Below, piece after piece: positions 55,110 to 64,000 of a stretch of DNA of 64,000 nucleotides. The stretch comes from Octopus vulgaris (taxonomy: Eukaryota): contig OX597814.1 in NCBI GenBank assembly GCA_951406725.2, positions 33,356,001-33,420,000 of the forward strand, given 5' to 3'. The translations under genes were made by a program, and so were the position numbers. Under the pieces are notes generated by a model. It did not search any database, was not told the DNA's origin, and saw only the letters and a program-made list of their open reading frames with translations. Positions within the stretch are counted from its first letter, which is position 1; the number at the start of each line of letters is the position of its first letter.

Positions 55110-55490
55110 GATTTGGGTAGAGTGTATTCATGTTTGTGGAGCCGAAAACTATTCTTCGAATGAACTTGAAGACGATTTGAGGGAGGGAGCATACACTAGA
55201 ATTCTCATGGTGTGTATTCTAGACCAAAGAGAGGCTGTATGAAAACGTTCCATCCCTCCTCTACTATTGCTACTTAATGCAAGTTAGTTTTTTGCTGTCC
55301 AGTTCTACTATGATCAATATCATACCATCTCAAATGATATCATTTTGAAAATTTCTGCACCCTAAGAGAAGACGCAGAACATTCACATACATTGATAGAC
55401 AACAGAACATGAAATTGATGTCCTACTATAACATAACTGAAGACAAAACTTGCTGGCGCAGCGTGGTGAAACGCACTTTAGTTGTGGTCA
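55110..55490 (+). mobile_element. Highly decayed RTE/RTE-X LINE 3' fragment
   Basis: VECIHVCGAENY, EGAYTRIL, TFTYID, EDKTCWRSVV resemble RTE C-terminal motifs. Confidence 0.45.
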
Positions 55491-55588
55491 CTTGAAGGGG
55501 AAGGTGATCATTGCAAAGATAAGTAGTTATTTATTATTTCCTTTTCCGCCGTTTTGAGGGTTAAAAGACACTTTATTAGAACTTGTTA

Positions 55589-55970
55589 TCTCTCTCTATA
55601 TAAACGGCAGTTTTTCTGTGCGTGTTTCTGTGTGTCTGTTTGCTTGTACCCTCACCCTGACCACGGCTTTCAACCGATTCTGATGAAACTTGACACACAC
55701 ATTAGCCCAATGTCATAATTCAAAACTAACGCAGCGAAAATTTTGAAAAGTTTCCCCAGTTCTGAAAAAAATCGATAAATTCGACATGGGGTCGAGAATC
55801 AGAAACACAAACCGCGAACTGTCTAGGGGACGCAACTCCACCTTTTTTAACTAAAAAAAAATTACCATCATTTTTTTCCATTTTTTTGCTATTTTTTGGC
55901 TATAACTCTCTAAAAATGCTTTATAGTTATTTCCCTTACAAACCTGAGCAACGCCGGGCGATACTGCTAG
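55589..55970 (+). mobile_element. Non-autonomous Helitron
   Basis: A|TC 5' end, 3' hairpin cctgagcaacgccggg then CTAG|T, no TSD. Confidence 0.85.
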
Positions 55971-56199
55971 TTTTAACTAAAGCTCCTTTTCTGTCGTATC
56001 TTAGCAATATAATGAGAAGGGGAAAACGAAAATAATATATACACTCCTTAATAAAGAAAACCATTCGTACAGGCACCACACAGAATAATCTATAAAGAAA
56101 CATATTTTCAAGTTCAAATACAAATGGTAATTTCTCCGGTGTTTCGAACATAAGAGAATAGATAAAAACTCTCACGATAAAGACAATTTTTAAAAATTG

Positions 56200-56512
56200 G
56201 CACTCTGTCGGTTACGAAGATGACGGTTCCGGTTGATTCGATCAACGGAACAGCCTCCTCGTGAAATTAATATGCAAATGCTGGAACACTCCTCAGACAC
56301 GCGTACCCTTAACGTGGTTTTCAGGAAGATTCAGCTTGACAGAATGTGACAAGGCTAGCCCTTTGAGATACAGGTACTACTTATTTTTGTCGGCTTAGTG
56401 GACAGGAGCAACGTGAAATAAAGTGTCTTGCTCAAAGGCACAACACGCCGCTGAGAATCAAACTCACGACTTTACGCTCGTGAATCGGATGCCACTAACC
56501 CACACACCTTCA
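56200..56512 (-). mobile_element. Older family C-related SINE
   Basis: Reverse complement of the family C tail (gtcggttacga...tcgtgaaattaa...gtacccttaacgt). Confidence 0.8.
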
Positions 56513-56899
56513 CTAATAAAAACAGTACCAACACAACTGTTCTCACACTCTTTCGTAAATGTCAAGTTAAATACGAAAAGGGTGGACTTAACTGGTTTGG
56601 CAGAGCTCTCTTGCGATAAAATTTATACCGGTAGTAATAAAGGATATTCATATCCCTTAGACAGTTATTCCAACCTCTAATTCAGTTGTCGATAAGAGAC
56701 GAGATTTGAAATATAGGGGGGAAAAAAACAAAAAAAAAGACAAAAAATAAATACAACCCTCCCTCTAAAAAAAGAATGACAGCAATCTTTTCTTATACGT
56801 CATGCTATATTTGTTATCGTTGCTGTTGTTGTTGTTGTTATTATTATTTTTATTATTATTATTATTATCATTATTATCATTATTATATCTCTTCTTTTC

Positions 56900-57977
56900 G
56901 TACTCCCTCTTGTGTATTCCTAAGATACACAAAAGCGAGAAAATAAGTAGTAACGCATGCAGAATAGCCACAGACATAATAATCAAGGTCCCTACTCCAA
57001 ATTTCCTCAAATTAAGACCTATAATAGCAGGTCCCGCATGCCTCAGTAACTTTTTAGATACCCTCTTAAAACCATTCTTCAAGCATATCAAAAGATACAT
57101 AAGGGACGAGCTAAATATACTCAATCACCTCCCTGAATTAACAACACTCTACTAGTATTCTTCAATGTAGTCAAATTCCATTCTAATTTCACCACAGCCT
57201 AGGTATAGAGGCAATTCAATGAACTCCCACATAGAAGGGCTAAAATTCATCTTGGTGAATAACTACTTTGTCTTCAAAGACAACTTCTAACGACAAAAAT
57301 CGGGGACCTCGATGGGTACGAGAATGGCCCCCTCCTTTGCTAACCTTGTCATGGGACATCTAGAAACAAGTCTTTATCGTAAGGTTCTAGAAAGATATGG
57401 CAGCCCTTTCTCCCTCTACATAGGAAACAACTGGAAAAGATACCTAGATGACTGTTTCATTCTTTGGCATGAAAATATAGAGAAACTCAAAGAATTCCAA
57501 GCAATTTTAAATGGACTGGATGTAAACATCCAATTCACGATGGAATATAACCAGCAATAACTCCCCTTCCTCGACATCATCATTAAGAAATCTAAGAACG
57601 AAACAGAGACAGATATATATACTATAAGCACACGAACGCCAAGCAATATCTACCGTTTAACTCATGCCACTCCAGACACACTAGAATGAATATCCCTTCC
57701 AGCAAAAAGGATATCCCTTCTAGCAAAAAGAATATGTACTATAGTTTCTAATACAAGAACCTGGGTCACACGACTACATGAACTAAAGGATATGCTCATT
57801 ACCAAGAACTACCCGCCATCACTAACTGATATAGGCTTTCAACGTGCCCTACAACTCAACATCCACGAACTCAGACATCCCAAATTAAAGAAAGATTTAC
57901 AACCAAAAGCGCTACCGTATATATCCACACACGACTCTCTTAACAATGAAACCTTCGACACCGTCCACCAGAACATT

Positions 57978-57980
<3 letters not shown>
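56900..57980 (+). pseudogene. Penelope-like element RT pseudogene
   Basis: PKIHK, LRPIIAGP, GTSMGTRMAPSFANL, WKRYLDDCF, IQFTME...LPFLD; truncated at (TA)n. Confidence 0.93.
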
Positions 57981-58031
<51 letters not shown>

Positions 58032-58067
58032 GGTGGGTGTGTGTGTGTGTGTGTATGTATATATATA

Positions 58068-58222
58068 TGCGACGGACTTCTTTTAGTTTACGTTGACCAA
58101 ATCCACCTCTAAGGCTTTGGTCGTCCCGAGGCTATTGTAGAAAACTCCTGCTCAAAGTGCAATGCAATGGGACTGAACCCAGAATCCTGTGATTGAGAAG
58201 CAATCTTCTTACCACTCGTCCA
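58068..58222 (-). mobile_element. SINE family A head, diverged
   Basis: Consensus match. Confidence 0.75.
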
Positions 58223-58656
58223 TACCAGCGTCTTTAACCAACTTTTCAGAGCTTTATGACTTTAACTCTGACTTACTTCATCCCTGTCGAGCATTACATG
58301 ACATTGATAATGAAGCATTTTTTCCTGTTATACTTTCTACGATGTATTTTGGATATTTTGGAGGTTGGTGCATGCCGATATATTGGTGGTAAGGTACAAC
58401 TTTCATCTCATGTGTTGCCCTTCCACCAAGAAATTTGTTGAAAAGTAGAGGAGAGTGACGAACATGGAGTGAGCAGATGGGAGCGGCGCCTCACAATGGT
58501 ATTCATGACAGTCAGAGTGAGCCAGGAGCGGTGACGTTTCTTGGATATCTTTGGTGGTAGTACTCTCTTGTTTAGAATTTCATTATGATAATTTTAATTG
58601 TGGTTTTTACTTTTTGCACGTTTTTATGTAAATCCTATTATCATTAAATCCCATTG

Positions 58657-58726
<70 letters not shown>

Positions 58727-58727
<1 letters not shown>

Positions 58728-59146
58728 TTCCTTCTGTATTCAAATTTCCTTCCATTTCTCGCCGGGTGTTTCCCGTACACCTAGGGCAGAGAAGCCCATG
58801 GTATGCATTCCCAGATTACACACGCAAATTCACAGGTTAAATATGTATTTAAAAAAATTAATAAATACATAAATTCATGAATGGATTGTTGTTTTCACAG
58901 CGATAATGCTCCTCTCAGTACATGAGTCTTTCCAATTAACACGATTTTTTGCACTTCCTGTAGGAATGGTAAACCTGGTATCATTTTCAAATAGGTTTCA
59001 GTACCTTTTTTATCATTCCTACAATCACTGTTACTGTAGTCACCTTGAGATACGACATTTTTTTCAATTTCTATTAGCAAGTCTTTATATTTACTGATCT
59101 TGTCAAATTCTTTCGCCGGTATATTGTGATCGGAAGAAATAGTCAT
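58727..59146 (-). mobile_element. R4/Dong-clade LINE 3' fragment (restriction-like endonuclease end plus 3' UTR)
   Basis: KEFDKISKYKDL...LQEVQKIVLIGKTHVLRGAL; 3' end abuts (TAA)n. Confidence 0.8.
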
Positions 59147-59676
59147 GTCAAAGTGACACTGGGGTACAAATATACGAAGCCCAGTATACCCATCATGATT
59201 ACCCGTCTGATAAGGGTACACTAGCACATGCATCACAACCATATGTGCGCGACATGGTGATATCATATCAAGATAAACAGCACATGACCTTGCAGGTGGG
59301 GCTCAGTTAGAATCCTTCAGGTCGAGTAACCCATCCCGCACAAAATGTCCCTGAATAAGGGTTGTTTAAGGATGTTAAACGAAACACCCATGTTTTCAAA
59401 GGCGAGTTATTCAAACCCCAAAGAATCCCTCTCAACATATGGCTATGATGCTCCCCCACTACTTCTGCTCATGATCAGAGATGCACATATCGTCAGCCAC
59501 GAAGGGACATGCTCAGCTGGTTAAGGTCAAACAACTGACGAGCAAATCTGTGGTATTGAGCAGAATATTTGCTGTAGCTCATCTTTTATACCAAGACAAA
59601 ACAATGTACATGATAACACTTCCAATCATTTAATATCAGAAGCCACGAGAGTCACTGCCTGGTACTGCATCAGGGC

Positions 59677-59677
<1 letters not shown>
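59147..59677 (-). mobile_element. Repeat family D fused to the Dong fragment
   Basis: Homology to the other D copies; direct junction at about 59147. Confidence 0.82.
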
Positions 59678-59740
<63 letters not shown>

Positions 59741-59743
<3 letters not shown>

Positions 59744-60262
59744 TAGTTTTATTTTTTATAGCGTGCTTTCACTTCACTACCGAGCGCAACTCTGTGTGCT
59801 TTGGGTATGTGCTGTGATTTGTTGTGATGCTCTGATGGTTATTGTATGGAAAGTGTTCTGCGTAGGATGTGTGCAATGCCTAGTAGTGCAATTTTCTGTA
59901 TGTTATATGTGTTTGTAAGTCCTGGTGTTTTTGTTATGTATTTGTCTGAATATTTTTTTATCATGCCTAATGCACCTACTATGATAGGAATTGTTTCTGT
60001 TTTTAGATTCCACATTCTGGTTACCTCTATTTCCAGGTCTTTGTATTTTGAAAGTTTCTCCATTTCTTTTAGAGACACGTTGTCATCTGCCGGTATTGAT
60101 ACATCAATTAGAAAGCATTTTTTTCTTCATGATCTCTGACAACTATATCTGGTCTGTTGGCCTTAATTTCTCTATCTGTGTGTATCGGCATATCCCAGAG
60201 TATGGTTGCTTTCTCATTTTCTGTGACCTCTTCTGGTGTGTGCCTATACCATCTTTTTTCTG

Positions 60263-60266
<4 letters not shown>
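59741..60266 (-). mobile_element. R4/Dong-clade LINE 3' fragment
   Basis: ILWDMPIHTDREIKANRPDIVV...IDVSIP...KEMEKLSKYKDL...IPIIVGALG...QKIALLG (PD-(D/E)xK RLE); (TAA)n on both sides. Confidence 0.92.
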
Positions 60267-60321
<55 letters not shown>

Positions 60322-60322
<1 letters not shown>

Positions 60323-60980
60323 GGCGATCTGGCAGAATCGTTAGCATGCCGGGCAAAATGATCATCGGCATTTCGTCCGTCATTACGATCTGAGTTCAAA
60401 TTCTACCGAAGTCAACTTTCATCCTTTTGGGGTCGATAAATTAAGTACCATTGAAACGTTGGGGTTGATGTAATCGACTAGTTCTCTCCCACCAAATTTT
60501 TCGCCTTGTGCCTTTAGTAGAAAGGATTACTTTTGAGGCAACGAGCTGGCAGAACCGTTAGCACGCCGGGCAAAATGCTTTGCGGCATTTCTTCCTGAAT
60601 TCTGAGTTCAAATTCCTCCGAAGTTGTCTTCGCCTTTAATCTTTCGGGGTTGATGAAATAATTACCAGTTACGCACTGAGGTTGATGTAATCGACTTGCT
60701 CCCTTCCCTCAAACTAGCCTTAGTAGAAAGGATCATAATTAGTATTAATATCTTGACGGCGAGCGAACAGAATCGTTAGCACCTCGTACTAAAGGTTTAT
60801 CGGCAGATCTTCCGGTTCTTTACATATAAGTTCAAAAATACGTCGCGGTTGCCTTTATTTTTCATCCTTTCGAGGCGAATAAAATAAGTGCGTGCCAGTT
60901 GATCATGTGGTCAATGAGCGTTCGATGTAATCGATTTAACATCTATCCTAAATTTATTGACTTGTACCAAAATTTGAATC
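60322..60980 (+). mobile_element. Three tandem SINE family B variants
   Basis: Heads at about 60322, 60536 and 60755. Confidence 0.8.
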
Positions 60981-60997
60981 TATTATTATTATTATTA

Positions 60998-61055
<58 letters not shown>

Positions 61056-61059
<4 letters not shown>

Positions 61060-61400
61060 TTTCTTCTCAATTTCCGTTTCACGATTTTATTTATTTGGGT
61101 TTTTTTTGCGTTTTCTTTCTTTTTTCTTTGTGGGGGGTACCTTATGGACTTGCATAGATTTTTTTTTTGAATTTTTTCTAGATATTTTTCCGTTGCGTTT
61201 TAGGATGTCGTCTTGACTGTGATGTTATTATCATTGTCTTATTACTGAATGTGTCTTAAGCAGGAAGTGTTCTGTGTATGCCTAGCAGTATAAGGTTTTC
61301 TAAAGCATGTACTTGTATTAGAAATATCTTTATTTTTATATAAATATTATATTTTTATCAATTGCGTTGTGTTTCTTTTGTTGTTATTTTGACTCATTCG
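61056..61400 (-). mobile_element. Probable decayed Dong-like 3' fragment
   Basis: aagtgttctgtgtatgcctagcagta resembles aagtgttctgcgtaggatgtgtgcaatgcctagtagtg at 59851; abuts (TAA)n. Confidence 0.45.
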
Positions 61401-61804
61401 ATTTCCACAAGAGTTAACTTGGTTGTATTTATTGTTATTCTTAGTCATTATACTCGATGAACCAACTAATTATTATAAAATAAAATTGTGTATATTTATT
61501 CACAATCTCCAAATAAAACATGTTTGATAATTATTTTTATTCCCGTTTATGCACTTCAATGATGTTTTTATCTGTCTTCAATCATTTGAATTCTGAAAGC
61601 CTATTGGCCGTTTGTGTCGGCAAGAGTCCATTTAGTAAAGAAAAAGGATCTGTTCATAAACTTTACATTAGTTCTCCATGACCTCGCCTCCGTAAATTTC
61701 CAACATTCCTTAACAAAAGCATTTTCCTACCATTACTCTTACTACAATTTATTACATACACGTATTCACATGCACACACGCGTTCAGGCATGCACGCCTC
61801 CAAA

Positions 61805-61888
<84 letters not shown>

Positions 61889-62200
61889 AATAGTAGCAAC
61901 CGTGGTTTTACCATTCAACAACCAATATTAATGACTGACTTGCGCTCGCAGACCGCCCGGTCAGAATAAATACATCTTTCTATTCTGCTCAGGGTTGTCT
62001 CATTTCGGTATTTCCTGTTTGAGGAAGGTTCGGGAGAAAGGAACATGTCTAGGAGTCCACTAGGGGAAGACACTGAGCAGATACGATGTTTTTACACCTT
62101 TTACTATAAGCCAGAACTTTTTCCACAGTAAACAGCAGTGAATTTACTTCTAGAAGGTAAAATGTGTCACAAACATACAAACATACAGCCAAGCATCTAC

Positions 62201-62261
<61 letters not shown>

Positions 62262-62262
<1 letters not shown>

Positions 62263-62463
62263 TGGTAAAAATGGTAAAGTAACAAAAGAAAGAAAGAGAC
62301 CTCAATATTATGTAAATAGAGGAAATTTATCTGTAAAATAATATGTGACAATTATTCAAAGGCCAGATAACCGAAGAGATGGTGGTGTGGATTTCCACCT
62401 CGGCATCCAAAACTCACAGTTTTATCTTGGCTATTGAATAATTGTCACATATTATTTTACCGG
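62262..62463. mobile_element. Fold-back mini-insert with degenerate HHR in the loop
   Basis: About 70-bp overhang; arms 62333-62370 / 62422-62460; loop CCGAAGA gatg...catc CAAA act-cac-agt TT. Confidence 0.75.
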
Positions 62464-62523
<60 letters not shown>

Positions 62524-62854
62524 AAAGAAGGTTTGAAAATGCAATTTTAAAGATGTTTATTCACTTGACGGGTTTCACTTTTGTAGAAAAAGATTGTCAA
62601 AAGTAAAATGCAAAGCTATGGATGAGCTTTGTTGTGTTACGTACTGGTTATCACAAAAGTATTAAAAAGCAGAGATACATTCTTTGATAATCATAAGAAA
62701 ATGTTAAAAACAGTTTGCAAGAAAGTATTTGAGAAAGCAATCAGAAGGGGACTCCAAAAACTAGAGTTCAATAAAAATCATGTTTGTTTGGTAGTATATA
62801 TATACACAGAAGGAGATATATTTAAGAATTTACAAAAAATTGTAGAGGAATAAC

Positions 62855-64000
62855 TTACCTTTCTGACATTTTCTCTTGTGTGTATTGTTCCTTCAATGAG
62901 GTGGATGGAAGTCCTGTAGTTGGAACAACCACATTTTTTTACGGTTGGCGGTGGGCTTGTGTTGGGTAATTGTGCATAGGTGAGTAGGTTTTTTTTAAGG
63001 ATTTGGGTTGTCTTTTGCTTTTTATTATTTTATGGGTTGCGAGTACTTTTTATAGACGTGGGTCTTGACTCAGCTGTGGAATGTTCTTGTATATAATTGT
63101 GTGAGCTTCTGCATTTCTTGGATTGTGTGTTGAGAGATATGGGAAACTATTTAATGTATCGTGAGTGTGTTTCGGTTTTCGAAAGTCTTGGGTATCAATT
63201 GTCTTGGCCCGTTCTATTCCATTTTCAACTAATGATACTGGAGAATGTCTTTCGAGAAGAATTGCCTTTAGTTCTTGGAATCTTTTATTTCATATTCTAT
63301 AATTTGAGACAATTGTACATAGGCGCAGGAGTGGCTGTGATAGGCGCAGGAGTGGCTGTGTGGTAAGTAGCTTGCTAACCAACCACATGGTTCCGGGTTC
63401 AGTCCCACTGCGTGGCATCTTGGGAAAATGTCTTCTGCTATAGCCCCGGGCCGACCAATGCCTTGTGAGTGGATTTGGTAGACGGAAACTGAAAGAAGCC
63501 TGTCGTATATATGTGTATATATATATATGTGTGTGTTTGTGTGTCTGTGTTTGTCTCCGTAGCATCGCTTGACAACCGATGCTGGTGTGTTTACGTCCCC
63601 GTCACTTAGCGGTTCGGCAAAAAAGAGACCGATAGAATAAGTACTGGGCTTACAAAGAATAAGTCCTGGGGTCGAATTGCTCGATTAAAGGCGGTGCTCC
63701 AGCATGGCCGCAGTCAAATGACTGAAACAAGTAAAAGAGAAAAAAGAGAAAGAGTAAAAGAGAAAGAGATTATTCTCGCTAGGTTGAAGGGGATATTTGT
63801 CTTCGTGTGCTTTGGGTGATTGGAGGTGAACAGGAGGTATTTTTCGAATCAGTTGGTTTATAGTAGATATCAGTTTCAAAGTTAGTGCCTTTCTTTTATA
63901 AGAATGTAAAGAAAAGGAAGTTGGTCTTCACTATATTCCATTGTAAATTGGATATGGTTGTTGATACTGTTGATTAAGAGTTTAAAATCAATGACTTTGT
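62855..64000 (-). pseudogene. Penelope-like element RT thumb/linker pseudogene interrupted by SINE A; runs off the window
   Basis: IQFTMEYSEDQLPFL, TDIYYKPTDS, HPKHTKTNIPFNLAR | CTIVSN...FQELKAILL, PYLSTHNP, KSKRQPKSLK. Confidence 0.88.
63321..63768 (+). mobile_element. SINE family A, full length, with duplicated first 21 bp
   Basis: Consensus match; inserted inside the PLE ORF. Confidence 0.93.

Noticed and set aside
55679-55692. ctgatgaaac as a hammerhead core
   Set aside because: No stem II or stem I; part of the Helitron internal motif
58380-58470. Minus-strand SPLLFNKFL, similar to LINE RT motif B
   Set aside because: Single short motif with no supporting neighbouring motifs
62560-62610. 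Minus-strand HHR (acttttg...caaaagt GAAA cccg TC)
   Set aside because: Only the 3' half; no CUGANGA box, so not called as a feature

Overview
AT-rich, microsatellite-saturated eukaryotic DNA with no convincing host gene. The SINE repertoire suggests a cephalopod (Octopus-like) intron or intergenic region; this is an inference, not a database result. Almost all long ORFs in the supplied track are artefacts of (TA)n/(CA)n/(TAA)n repeats. The window contains: (i) about 35 copies or fragments of three tRNA-derived SINE families; (ii) decayed Penelope-like elements (PLE; RT and GIY-YIG); (iii) a Tc1 transposon, a Chapaev-like fragment and non-autonomous Helitron(s); (iv) RTE and R4/Dong LINE 3' fragments; (v) a 550-bp (TAA)n-embedded non-coding family. 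The main signal is about 10 minimal type-I hammerhead ribozyme (HHR) motifs of different sequence, at least four with intact cores. They sit in small non-coding elements inserted into (TA)n tracts: a retrozyme-like 354-bp monomer and fold-back inserts with a fixed one-sided overhang. A 1.6-kb ORF1-only (CCHC gag-like) retroelement has inserted at one HHR core with a 20-bp target duplication that leaves an intact ribozyme just downstream of its tail. Coordinates were read by eye and may be off by a few bases.
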